DNA of 64,000 bases from Acidobacteriota bacterium (GCA_009861545.1 VXME01000022.1:18225-82224); one strand, 5' to 3'. Numbered from the stretch's first letter, positions 17,384 through 26,755 are shown. The notes: generated from the letters alone by a model not told the origin. Translations and numbers: made by a program.

Positions 17384-17632
17384 TCAGTGATGGTGGTGGT
17401 GGATCGCTTCGTGCTCGGCGACCTGCTTGTCCTTGCGGATCTTCGCCGCCTGCTTGCGTGCCGACTTGAGGTTCATCTCCCGCGTGCCGTCGGAGCTGAC
17501 AGCGAACTGCGAGATCAAGCGCTCGAGATCGCCGCTGGCGCAGGCGGGGCACGCCGGCGGATTGCCCTTCGGGATGACGACGGCCTCGAACTCGTGGTCG
17601 CAGGCGCGGCAGCGATACTCGTAGATCGGCAT
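17384..17632 (-). CDS. FmdB-family zinc-ribbon protein with C-terminal His5 run
   Basis: MPIYEYRCRACDHEFE...CPACASGDLERLIS is the CxxC..CxxC FmdB signature. It ends in EAIHHHHH. Confidence 0.85.
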   Translation of the reverse strand: MPIYEYRCRACDHEFEAVVIPKGNPPACPACASGDLERLISQFAVSSDGTREMNLKSARKQAAKIRKDKQVAEHEAIHHHHH

Positions 17633-17737
17633 GGATGACGTTCCTCCGGCACCTCATTCTACGCGCATCGCGCCGCGCCGCAACAGTGTCTCCGCAGCCG
17701 GCTACCCCGGAAAGAACGCGCGTCGTCAGTCCGGCGG

Positions 17738-20659
17738 TCAGCGTTCGAGGAGAGACTGCAGCAGCACCGCCGGGTGCTGGGCGTCAACGCCGGTGAAGTC
17801 ATGGACCTGATGGCGGCACGACGTGCCGGCGGCCACGAGGACCTGCTGTGATTCGAGCGCGCGGGCGGCCGGCAGCAGCCGCCTCTCTCCGATCTGCTGC
17901 GAGATGTCGAAGTGCTCGCGCGCGTAGCCGAACGAGCCGGCCATGCCGCAGCACCCGGAGTCGAGATCCGTGACGCGCGCCCCCGGGATGCGCTCGAGGA
18001 GCGCCTGGGCCGGGGCGACCAGGCCCAGGGACTTCTGGTGGCAATGGCCGTGCAGCAGAATCTCGTCCGGCCCGGACCGCAGCGCCAGCGTGGCGTCTCC
18101 ATCCGTGAGACGCCGGCTCAGGTAGTCCTCGAAGAGCACGCACGCGGAGGCCACCTCGCGCGCCCGTTGCTGCGCCTCGCCGCGCAGCAGATCCGGTACG
18201 TCGTCCTTGAGAGCGGAAAGGCAGCTCGGCTCCAGCAGCACGATCGGGGTCCCGGCCGCGGCCAGCGGATGCAGGCGGCGCACGACGTTCGCGGCCCGGT
18301 CGCGGGCGGCGGCCAGCAGGCCCTGCGAGATGAGGGGCCGGCCGCAGCAGGCGTGCGGCGCCAGGCCGACCGACAGCCCGGCTGCCTCCAGAACGTCCGC
18401 CGCCGCCAGTCCGATCTGCGGATCGTAGTAGTTGGTGAACGTGTCGTTGAACAGGACCGCGTCCGGGGCTCCGGACCGCGCGCGGTTTCCGGCCGCGCGT
18501 TTCCGCCAGGCCCGGGCCAGCGTGCGCGACGCCCAGCGGGGCAGCGAACGGCGCCGGTCGATGCCGAAGAGCCTCTCGTTGAGCGCCCGTACCCAGTCCC
18601 GTTCCAGCCACGGGTTGACGAGCGGCGCCGCGCGACTGGCCAGCGCCGACAGCGTGCGGATGTGCCCGAGGGCGCGGGCCCGCAACGGCGTGCCGTTCCG
18701 CCGCCAGTAGTCGGCCAGGAACTCGCTCTTGAAGCGCGCCATATCGACGCCGACGGGGCACTCGGTCTTGCACGCCCGGCATTCCAGGCAGAGGTCGAGC
18801 ACGTCGTAGACTTCGCGGTCCCCGAGACCGGCGTCGTGGGAACCGCTGCCGTTGCCGAGCGCCCCGTTCATCGCGAGGCGCAGCGTGTTGGCCCGCCCCC
18901 GCGTCGAGTGCGCCTCGTCGCGCGTCGCCATGTAGGACGGGCACATCGTGCCGCTGAGGGTCTTGCGGCAGGCGCCGACGCCGCTGCACATCTCCACCGC
19001 GCGCCCGAGCCCGCCGTGATCTCCGTGGTCGAAGACGGCGTCGGGGTCCGGCGTCCGGTATTCCGGGCCGTAGCGCAGGTTGGCGGTCAAAGGCGGCGCG
19101 TCGACGATCTTGCCCGGGTTGAACAGCCCGTCCGGGTCGAACGTGCGCTTGATGGTACGAAAGGCTTCGTACAGATCCGGGCCGAACATGCGCTCCATGA
19201 ACGGCCCGCGCACCAGGCCGTCGCCATGCTCGCCGGAGAGGGCGCCGCCGAACTCCAGCACCAGGTCCGCCACCTCGTTCGCAATCGCCTCGAACTGCTG
19301 GACGCCGGCCGCCGTCTTCAGGTTGACGACCGGCCGCACGTGCAGGCAGCCGACCGAGGCGTGCGCGTACACGCCGGCCGTCGTGCCGTGCCGCCGGATC
19401 ACCTCGAGGAACCGCTCGATGAAGTCGCGCAGCCTCTCCGGGGCGACCGCGGTGTCCTCGACGAACGAGATGCTCTTGGCGTCTCCCTTCATCGCCATCG
19501 AGAGGCCGAGCGACGACTCGCGCAGCTTCCAGATGCGGGCTTGATCGGCCGGCGCGACGGCGCAGGCCGTATGCCTCGCGATGCCGCGGGCGCGGATGTT
19601 CGACTCGAGCCGGTTGAGGCGCGGGCGGAGCTCCTGCGCCGAGTCGCCGTACAGCTCCACGCACAGCAGCGCGCCGCAATCGGTGCCGAGCACGGCGCGC
19701 CGCATCGCGTCGAGGGCCGGATTCTCCCGGGCATGGTCGAGGATCGAACGGTCCATCACCTCGACGGCGGACGGATCGTGGGCCAGGATCGCCGGGGTCT
19801 CTCCGAGCGCGTCGAGCAGGTCGTCGTACTCGATGGTCAGCACCGCCTTGGCCTTCGGCAGCGGCACCAGCTTGAGACGGGCTTCGAGGATGAGGCCGAG
19901 CGTGCCCTCGGAGCCGACGATCAGCTTCGCCAGGTTGAAGGGCGCAGCGGCATTTCCGTTGCCCGCCGGGGCGAACGCGTCGAGGTTGTAGCCGCCCACC
20001 CGGCGCAGGATTTTCGGGTACCGCCGGTCGATCTCTTCCACGTGCCGGGCGGCCGTCTCGCGGACGGTGCGGTAGCAGGCGCCCTCGAAGGTGTCCGCCG
20101 CGCAGGCCGCTTCCAGCTCCTCGGCCGTGAGCGGCCGCAGGTGGGCGACCGAGCCGTCGGCCAGCGCGACGTGCAGATCGAGCACGTGGTCGATGGTCTT
20201 GCCGTAGCGCACCGACCGCGCGCCGCTCGAGTTGTTCGAGATCATGCCGCCGATGGTCGCGCGGCTGGCCGTGGAGATGTCGGGTGCGAACCGCAGGCGG
20301 TGCGGCGCGAGCTGCGCGTTCAGCTCGTCGAGCACGATGCCCGGCTCTACGCGCGCCCAGCGCTCCTCGACGTTCACCTCGAGGACCCGGTTGAAGTACT
20401 TCGAGGTGTCGATCTGCAGGCCGGCGCCGATCGCCTGTCCGGCCTGGGACGTGCCGCCCCCGCGGGCGGTGACCGAGCAGCCGTGGGCGCGGGCGCACTC
20501 GAGGGCCGCCAGCACGTCCTCGCGCGAGCGGACGACCGCCGCCCCGAGTGGCTGGATCTGGTAGACGCTGGCGTCGGTCGAGTACAGCGCGCGGGACACC
20601 GCGTCGAAGCGAACCTCGCCGGCGAGCCGCGCTTCGAGATCGGTCCGGAGGTCACCCAT
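17738..20659 (-). CDS. FAD-binding and (Fe-S)-binding oxidoreductase (GlcD-like + GlpC/heterodisulfide-reductase-like fusion)
   Basis: Starts at ATG 20659 (MGDLRT). It has an FAD_binding_4-type N-terminus (ARGGGTSQAGQ), central 4Fe-4S motifs (CLECRACKTECP) and C-terminal Cys-rich CCG-like domains (CCGRP, CCGMAG). Confidence 0.88.
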   Translation of the reverse strand: MGDLRTDLEARLAGEVRFDAVSRALYSTDASVYQIQPLGAAVVRSREDVLAALECARAHGCSVTARGGGTSQAGQAIGAGLQIDTSKYFNRVLEVNVEERWARVEPGIVLDELNAQLAPHRLRFAPDISTASRATIGGMISNNSSGARSVRYGKTIDHVLDLHVALADGSVAHLRPLTAEELEAACAADTFEGACYRTVRETAARHVEEIDRRYPKILRRVGGYNLDAFAPAGNGNAAAPFNLAKLIVGSEGTLGLILEARLKLVPLPKAKAVLTIEYDDLLDALGETPAILAHDPSAVEVMDRSILDHARENPALDAMRRAVLGTDCGALLCVELYGDSAQELRPRLNRLESNIRARGIARHTACAVAPADQARIWKLRESSLGLSMAMKGDAKSISFVEDTAVAPERLRDFIERFLEVIRRHGTTAGVYAHASVGCLHVRPVVNLKTAAGVQQFEAIANEVADLVLEFGGALSGEHGDGLVRGPFMERMFGPDLYEAFRTIKRTFDPDGLFNPGKIVDAPPLTANLRYGPEYRTPDPDAVFDHGDHGGLGRAVEMCSGVGACRKTLSGTMCPSYMATRDEAHSTRGRANTLRLAMNGALGNGSGSHDAGLGDREVYDVLDLCLECRACKTECPVGVDMARFKSEFLADYWRRNGTPLRARALGHIRTLSALASRAAPLVNPWLERDWVRALNERLFGIDRRRSLPRWASRTLARAWRKRAAGNRARSGAPDAVLFNDTFTNYYDPQIGLAAADVLEAAGLSVGLAPHACCGRPLISQGLLAAARDRAANVVRRLHPLAAAGTPIVLLEPSCLSALKDDVPDLLRGEAQQRAREVASACVLFEDYLSRRLTDGDATLALRSGPDEILLHGHCHQKSLGLVAPAQALLERIPGARVTDLDSGCCGMAGSFGYAREHFDISQQIGERRLLPAARALESQQVLVAAGTSCRHQVHDFTGVDAQHPAVLLQSLLER

Positions 20660-21803
20660 GCGGCGCAGTATAAATCGCGCCTCCGGGCAGCGCCGTCCAG
20701 ATCCAGCCTTCGCGTTCCGCGAGGCATCGATCAATCGGCGGGACGGCGCGTCCCGTGAGAAAGTCCTGTGCGGCCAGTACGCACACGGCCGCGTCCAGCA
20801 GGTCGTCGTTGCCGCACAGAGCTTCAACCTGTTCTTGCGGGATCGTCATCCACTCTCGCAGCGCATCCACGATCTCGCGACGTTGCCGGATCTTGTTCGG
20901 CGTGTCCGGCTTCTTGTAACTCGGCAATCCGAAGCCTGACGGCTTACGACCGCTCGGGGGGATTCGGTGCGCTATCAGGGTGGCGGCCGGATACACCTCG
21001 ATCACCGCATGGTCGGTAACGTCGTCAGGATTCCAGGCAAGCGGGATTGCCACGCCAAGATCGTCTCGCAACTTGCCCAGAAGGCGAAGGGCTGCATGAG
21101 CCGTTCGGGCAATCTTGTCGGCGCCGACGTCGAGCGGCTTCTTGATGTTGTCCTTGATGAAGAGGTCGGTGGCTCGGCCGAACATGTCGTCGGCCGGCGT
21201 GTCTATCGCTGAGCCGGCGGAATGCGATTCGAGCGATGTCCACAACGGTCTCGGCCAACCAAGGGGTGCGTCGATGGCCATCAGTGCGGTGTCTGCGGAG
21301 TCGATCAACCATTCCCGCAGGACGAACGGGACGGGTCGATCCTGCCCGCCGACTGTCGCGTCCAGCAGGCTGAGACCATCGTCGTCCTTGATCGCGAGGG
21401 CCATGCCAGTTTCGCGATCATTCGTTGAGTAGTCGACACCGATGATCCTGCAACGGGAGCGCGGGTCGTTCCGCCGGCTGCGGCTGCGTTCTTCTCGATC
21501 CTTCTCTTCCCAGCATTGGGCCAACTCGATCATTCGCGTTCGCGCATCGGGCCAGTCGTGAAGCGTCGCGGGGTCGAAGTCCGCACCGTTCGGCCAGACG
21601 AGGGTGTGTGTATCCGGGTCGATCGTGACCCGCTTGAACATCGTGACGTCGCGAAGCGGGCCGTACAGTTCCCCCCGCAATACGGGCCGGAAATCGATTG
21701 TTCGTTGTGTCCCGTCATCGAACCGGATGTCCAGTACGAACGGACCTGCGACGGTGAGCGAAACGACGCGGTAGACGGCGTGGTCCATCCGGTCCTGACT
21801 CAT
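20652..21803 (-). CDS. DUF2442 domain fused to a DUF429 (RNase H-fold nuclease-like) domain
   Basis: The N-terminus FVLDIRFDDGTQRTIDFRPVL...LVWPNGADFDPATLHDW is DUF2442-like. From IIGVDYS ... LMAIDAPLGWPRP ... IEVYPAATL it is DUF429-like. Its start overlaps the DUF4160 stop (ATGA). Confidence 0.75.
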   Translation of the reverse strand: MSQDRMDHAVYRVVSLTVAGPFVLDIRFDDGTQRTIDFRPVLRGELYGPLRDVTMFKRVTIDPDTHTLVWPNGADFDPATLHDWPDARTRMIELAQCWEEKDREERSRSRRNDPRSRCRIIGVDYSTNDRETGMALAIKDDDGLSLLDATVGGQDRPVPFVLREWLIDSADTALMAIDAPLGWPRPLWTSLESHSAGSAIDTPADDMFGRATDLFIKDNIKKPLDVGADKIARTAHAALRLLGKLRDDLGVAIPLAWNPDDVTDHAVIEVYPAATLIAHRIPPSGRKPSGFGLPSYKKPDTPNKIRQRREIVDALREWMTIPQEQVEALCGNDDLLDAAVCVLAAQDFLTGRAVPPIDRCLAEREGWIWTALPGGAIYTAPHG

Positions 21804-22069
21804 CGCAACGGTGCAATTCTGAGCGGCGCCCGGCCGGCCTGCAGGAGCTGCCAGTCGGTCGCCAACTCTTCGCGATGGATCTCGGCCCAGGCTTCGACGA
21901 GCCTCTGCTGTGCCCGTGGCAGGTGACCGCCGATCGACTCGACGGGATCGATTCCGAAGACGGCGGTCGAATCCTGGTAGTACGCATGGAAGTGCGGCCG
22001 ATGGTGCGGTGCGCCCGGCTCGGCGAACATCCTGATGATGATCCCGTAAAACCTCGAAATCTCCGGCAT
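21800..22069 (-). CDS. DUF4160 family small protein
   Basis: MPEISRFYGIIIRMFAEPGAPHHRPHFHAYYQD...LPRAQQRLVEAWAEIHREEL is the DUF4160 pattern. 89 aa. Confidence 0.85.
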   Translation of the reverse strand: MPEISRFYGIIIRMFAEPGAPHHRPHFHAYYQDSTAVFGIDPVESIGGHLPRAQQRLVEAWAEIHREELATDWQLLQAGRAPLRIAPLR

Positions 22070-22188
22070 TCGACCACGATCCGCCCGACGGCCCAGGTGT
22101 CGTGGCCGCGCGACGCTCCTCTGGCGGAGGATAAATCAGATCGACCCGATTCGCGGAGCAGCCAAGCGGGGTACGCTAGATTAGCGCC

Positions 22189-23388
22189 ATGTCACAAGCG
22201 AGCGGACGACACTTCCTGCAGATCCCCGGACCGACCAACGTGCCCGATCGCGTCCTGCGCGCAATGGCGGCGCCGACCATCGACCACCGTGGGCCGGCGT
22301 TCCGCGACCTGACTCGCGAGGTGCTTGCCGGCATGGCGGCCGTCGTGCAGACCCGCCACCCGGTGGTGTTGTTCCCCGCTTCGGGGACCGGAGCATGGGA
22401 GGCGGCGCTCGCCAACACGCTGTCTCCGGGCGACCGCGTGCTGATGGTCGAGACCGGGCACTTCGCGACGCTCTGGAAGGGCATCGCGACGCGGCTAGGG
22501 CTCGACCCGCTGTTCCTGCCGGGCGACTGGCGGTGCGGCGTCGACGCGGCGCAGGTCGGGGCGCGTCTCGCGGAAGACGGCGCCCATGCCGTCAAGGCGG
22601 TCTGCGTCGTCCACAACGAGACTTCGACCGGGGTGGCGAGCGACATCTCGGCGGTCCGCCGCGCCATCGACGCCGCGCGGCATCCGGCGCTCCTGCTGGT
22701 CGACACGATCTCGTCGCTGGCGTCCATCGACTACCGGCACGACGAGTGGGGCGTCGACGTCACCGTCGGCGCTTCGCAGAAGGGGTTGATGCTGCCCCCC
22801 GGCCTCAGCTTCAACGCGGTGGGGGACAAGGCGCTCGCCGCGCATGCCACGGCCCGGCTGCCGCGCAGCTACTGGGACTGGGGACCGATTCTGGCCGCCA
22901 ACGAGAAGGGCTTCTTCCCCTACACGCCGGCGACGAACCTGCTCTTCGGACTGCGCGAGGCGCTCCGCATGCTCCAGGCGGAGGGGCTGGACAACGTGTT
23001 CGCCCGGCACGACCGTCACGCCGAGGCGACCCGTCGCGCGGTGCGGACGTGGGGGCTCGAGCTGCTCTGCGTCAATCCCACGGAGTACAGCTCGTCGCTC
23101 ACCGCCGTCCTGACGCCCGAGGGCCACGACGCCGGGCGGCTGCTCGACGTCATCCTCGACCGCTTCGACATGGCCCTCGGCGTGGGGCTCGGCATACTCG
23201 CCGGCAAGGTGTTCCGCATCGGCCATCTCGGCGATTTCAACGACCTGAGCCTGCTCGGTACGCTGGCGGGCGTCGAGATGGGCCTGACACTGGCCGGAAT
23301 TCCGCACGAGTCCGGAGGCGTCGGAGCCGCTCTGGCCCACCTCACCGAGTGCGCGCGGACCTCGACGGCCGAGCCCGCACCGGCGTAG
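22189..23388 (+). CDS. Class V aminotransferase (serine-glyoxylate / alanine-glyoxylate aminotransferase-like)
   Basis: HFLQIPGPTNVPDRVLRAM, HNETSTGV and a PLP lysine in the context GASQKGLMLPPG. Confidence 0.88.
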   Translation: MSQASGRHFLQIPGPTNVPDRVLRAMAAPTIDHRGPAFRDLTREVLAGMAAVVQTRHPVVLFPASGTGAWEAALANTLSPGDRVLMVETGHFATLWKGIATRLGLDPLFLPGDWRCGVDAAQVGARLAEDGAHAVKAVCVVHNETSTGVASDISAVRRAIDAARHPALLLVDTISSLASIDYRHDEWGVDVTVGASQKGLMLPPGLSFNAVGDKALAAHATARLPRSYWDWGPILAANEKGFFPYTPATNLLFGLREALRMLQAEGLDNVFARHDRHAEATRRAVRTWGLELLCVNPTEYSSSLTAVLTPEGHDAGRLLDVILDRFDMALGVGLGILAGKVFRIGHLGDFNDLSLLGTLAGVEMGLTLAGIPHESGGVGAALAHLTECARTSTAEPAPA

Positions 23389-23614
23389 CCGGCAAGCAGT
23401 TCCGTTACCGTCGCCTTCCCAGAGCGTTCTTGATGGCCGCGAGGGTTGTCATCTCAGCACGCTCGACGGGCAGCCCGCCGGCAACACGACAGGACATCTC
23501 CCAGGCTTCGACGACGGGAAGGGTTTCGGCCCGAGTACGCGATAATTGCCACCATCCGGCGGCCGTCGGATGGCAATCCCTGCCATCCGGGTCGCTGGCG
23601 GAGGGTGGCGGTCG

Positions 23615-24301
23615 ATGGCTTGGCTCCGAAGCGGTGCTTTCTCCCGAGGGACGGTTGCAGCAGTGCTGGGGGTCGGATTTCTCGTCGTCGTCCCTGGACT
23701 GGCGGCAGCGCAGCGCGTCGAGCGGGTCGTCGACGGCGACACGATCATCGTCGGCGGCGTGGGGCGCGTGCGCCTGATTGGCGTGGATACCCCCGAGTCC
23801 GTGGATCCGCGGCGGCCGGTCGAGTTTTTCGGCAAGGAAGCCAGCGCCTTCACGCGGAGGCTGGTCGAAGGAAAGCGGGTGCGGCTCGCGTACGACTGGG
23901 AGCGCACCGATCGGTACGGGCGGACCCTCGCGTACGTCTACCTGCCGGACGGCACGTTCCTGAACGCGGAGATCATCAGGCAGGGCTACGGCCACGCGTA
24001 CACGCGGTTCCCGTTCGAGCACCTCGAGCGGTTCCGGCAACTCGAGCGCGAGGCGCGGCAGACTGGCCGCGGCCTCTGGGGCGCCACGCCCGGCGCCGAG
24101 CGGCAGGTAGCGTCGGCGGGGCCCTCCCGGCGACCGGCCGCTTCGGATCTCCCGGCGGCCCTCGCGCGCTGGGACGACAACGGTAACGGCCGCATTACGT
24201 GCGCCGAGGCCCGGCGCCACGGCATTGCGCCGGTGCCCCGCGGCCATTCGGCGTACCGCTACATGCGGGACGGCGACGGCGACGGCGTCGTCTGCGAGTG
24301 A
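23615..24301 (+). CDS. Secreted thermonuclease (SNase-like) with C-terminal Excalibur Ca-binding domain
   Basis: VVDGDTIIVGG..VRLIGVDTPE ... RTDRYGRTLAYVYL ... NAEIIRQGYGHAY is the SNase fold. The C-terminus ITCAEARRHGIAPVPRGHSAYRYMRDGDGDGVVCE is Excalibur. The start is uncertain (23546, 23570 or 23615). Confidence 0.85.
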   Translation: MAWLRSGAFSRGTVAAVLGVGFLVVVPGLAAAQRVERVVDGDTIIVGGVGRVRLIGVDTPESVDPRRPVEFFGKEASAFTRRLVEGKRVRLAYDWERTDRYGRTLAYVYLPDGTFLNAEIIRQGYGHAYTRFPFEHLERFRQLEREARQTGRGLWGATPGAERQVASAGPSRRPAASDLPAALARWDDNGNGRITCAEARRHGIAPVPRGHSAYRYMRDGDGDGVVCE

Positions 24302-24305
24302 TCCG

Positions 24306-25964
24306 CTATTCCTCCCGCAGGGCGTAGACGAACAGCCCGTTGCCGGCGGCCACCGCCACGTACTGCCGGCCGTCGACCGCGTAGCTGATCGGGCCGTTGG
24401 CGATCATCCCGCCGAGCGTCTTCCGCCAGAGCAACTCGCCGTCCCGTGCATCGAAGGCGTGGAAGTAGCCTTCGCGGTTCCCGGTGAAGAGTACGTCGGT
24501 GGCGGTCGTCAGGATGCCGCTGCTCGTGACGTCCGTCATCTCGTACTTCCAGGCCTGCTCGCCGGTGGTCGGGTCGATGGCGATGACGGCGCCCGTGCCC
24601 GCGGATTCCGTCCAGGTGTTGATGGGGCCGCGCGCCAGGCTGGGAAGCGCGCCGCCGGGAACGGGCGGGGCCGGCCGGCCGCCGAGGAACAGGCGTCCCT
24701 CCTCGTACTCGACTTCCTGCGCCTCGAAGACCGAGCCGTAGCCCTCCCAGGCCGACAGGTAGAACAGCCGCGTCGACGGGCTGTAGGACGGCGAGTACCA
24801 GTTGGTGCCGCCCTGTACGCCGGGATAGGTGGTGACCCCCGGCTCCTGCGGGATGAAGATCGGCCGCCCGTTGTCGTCGAGCCCCTCCGCCCAGGTCTGC
24901 TCGACGAATTCCCGGCCGTTGATGAACTGTCCGGTCTCGCGGTCGAGCACGTAGAAGAAGCCGTTGCGGTTGCCCCAGAGCATCAGCTTCAACGTGCCGC
25001 CGTCCTGGGCCGGGAAGTCGGCGAGCACCGGCACCTGCACCGAGTCGTAGTCGTACGGGTCGTTGGGCGTGAACTGGAAGTACCACTCCAGCTCGCCGGT
25101 GTCGGGGTCGAGCGCGACCACCGAGTCCGAGTAGAGGTTGTCGCCGGGCCGCTGCGCCGGGTTCCAGTCGGGACCGGGATTGCCGATGCCCCAGTAGATG
25201 AGGTCGACGTCGGGGTCGTACGAGCCGGTGATCCAGGCCGAGGCGCCGCCGTAGCGCCAGTCGTCTCCCTCCCACGTGTCGTGGCCTGGCTCGCCCGGGC
25301 CGGGGATGGTGTAGAACCGCCACTCTTCCTCGCCGGTCTCGGGGTCGTGGGCGGAGATGAAGCCGCGGATGCCGTACTCGCCGCCGGCGACGCTGACGAT
25401 CACCTTGTCCTTGACGATGAGCGGGGCGAGGGTCAACGCATAGCCCGCTCCCGGGTCGGCGACGGCGGTCTGCCAGATCGGCCGGCCGCTGACCGCGTCG
25501 ATGGCGATGAGCTGCGCGTCGATGGTGCCCATGAACAACGTGTCGCCGAGGATCGCCACCCCGCGGTTGACGCGGCCGCAGCAGGGGCGCGATTCCGGCG
25601 AGGGGGTGTACTCGTAGCGCCAGAAGACGCGGCCGAGCTCCGCGTCGAGGGCCAGCACGGTGTTGGGCGCCTCGGTGATGTACATGATGCCGTCCACCAC
25701 GAGCGGCGTCGTCTGGAAGACCTGGAGCGACTGCGCCTGGAAGACCCACTGCAACTCCAGCCGGTCGACGTTGTCGACGGTGACCTGGTCGAGGGTCGAG
25801 TGGCGGTTGCTCTCGTAGTTGCCGGAATAGGTGAGCCAGTTGTGCGGCTCGTCGGCGGCGTTGAGCAGCCGTTCGAACGTGACCTGGGCGGCCGCCGGGT
25901 GCGGCAGCAGGACGACGAACATGAAGGCGGCGAGCGCGAGGGTCGCGAGCGTCGGGCGGGTCAT
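24306..25964 (-). CDS. PQQ-dependent dehydrogenase, methanol/ethanol family (vicinal Cys-Cys; D-Y-D signature)
   Basis: Starts at ATG 25964 with a signal peptide. It has the PCCGRVNRG vicinal disulfide, a repeated W-motif propeller and NDPYDYDS at codons 301-308. Confidence 0.88.
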   Translation of the reverse strand: MTRPTLATLALAAFMFVVLLPHPAAAQVTFERLLNAADEPHNWLTYSGNYESNRHSTLDQVTVDNVDRLELQWVFQAQSLQVFQTTPLVVDGIMYITEAPNTVLALDAELGRVFWRYEYTPSPESRPCCGRVNRGVAILGDTLFMGTIDAQLIAIDAVSGRPIWQTAVADPGAGYALTLAPLIVKDKVIVSVAGGEYGIRGFISAHDPETGEEEWRFYTIPGPGEPGHDTWEGDDWRYGGASAWITGSYDPDVDLIYWGIGNPGPDWNPAQRPGDNLYSDSVVALDPDTGELEWYFQFTPNDPYDYDSVQVPVLADFPAQDGGTLKLMLWGNRNGFFYVLDRETGQFINGREFVEQTWAEGLDDNGRPIFIPQEPGVTTYPGVQGGTNWYSPSYSPSTRLFYLSAWEGYGSVFEAQEVEYEEGRLFLGGRPAPPVPGGALPSLARGPINTWTESAGTGAVIAIDPTTGEQAWKYEMTDVTSSGILTTATDVLFTGNREGYFHAFDARDGELLWRKTLGGMIANGPISYAVDGRQYVAVAAGNGLFVYALREE

Positions 25965-26755
25965 CGGTTCATCCCCTTCAGGGTGAGGAGGAACGCCAGC
26001 ACGTCGGCGCGCTCCTGATCGGTCAGTATCTCGGCGTACGAGGGCATCGGCGAGGTCGTGATCACGGTGTACTCGCTCAGGTCGTCCTTGATGAGCGAAA
26101 CGAGCCGCTCGTTCTCGTCGACGAGCTGCACGGTGTAGGTGTCCTCGTTGAGCCGCCGCCCGGAGTAGACGGTGCCGTCGTTCCCCACCGCGCGGATGCT
26201 GCGGTTGCGGGGCAGCATGGCGCTGGTCGGATCGACGAGCGATTCGGCCAGCGAGCCGGCGCTGCGCACGGCGCCGATGTCGGTCAGATCCGGGGCGATG
26301 CGCGAACCGTCGCCGCCGATGCGGTGGCAGCTCGCGCAGTCTCCCATGCCGCGGTAGATCGTCTCGCCAGCGGCGGCATCGCCCACCAGCACGTCGTTGG
26401 GTTCGAAGTCGCCCATCGTGCGCAGATAGGCCACCAGGCCGGTGAGCTCCGACGCGGTGTAGTCGCCGGGCGGCATCGCCGTGTCGGGGATGCCGTCGCT
26501 GATGATGCGCATCAGGTCCTGGTCGGAGCCGGCCGAACGGAACTGGCCCGTGCGGAGGCTCACGCCGTCGACGGCGTCGCCGTCGGGACCGTGGCACGCG
26601 ACGCAGGTCTCGCCGTAGACCTGCATGCCGTAGTTGATGTCGGCCTGCGCGTACTCGCCCGCGTGCGTCTGCTGGGCCGCAGCGCCGTTCGCGGCCAGCA
26701 GTCCGGCCGCCGCCAGCAGCGTCGCGGCACCCCAACCATGTCCACCTCTTTGCAC
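25961..26755 (-). CDS. Diheme c-type cytochrome (probable electron acceptor of the PQQ dehydrogenase)
   Basis: The GTG at 26755 follows AAGGAGG. It has a signal peptide and two CxxCH motifs (CVACH, CASCH). Its stop overlaps the PQQ-DH start (ATGA). Confidence 0.82.
   Translation of the reverse strand: MQRGGHGWGAATLLAAAGLLAANGAAAQQTHAGEYAQADINYGMQVYGETCVACHGPDGDAVDGVSLRTGQFRSAGSDQDLMRIISDGIPDTAMPPGDYTASELTGLVAYLRTMGDFEPNDVLVGDAAAGETIYRGMGDCASCHRIGGDGSRIAPDLTDIGAVRSAGSLAESLVDPTSAMLPRNRSIRAVGNDGTVYSGRRLNEDTYTVQLVDENERLVSLIKDDLSEYTVITTSPMPSYAEILTDQERADVLAFLLTLKGMNR

Noticed and set aside
17799-20758. 899-aa (minus, alternate frame) and 948-aa (plus) ORFs over the FAD/Fe-S oxidoreductase
   Set aside because: The frame 17738..20659 carries the FAD-binding, 4Fe-4S and CCG motifs. 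The others are Arg/Pro/Gly-rich shadows.
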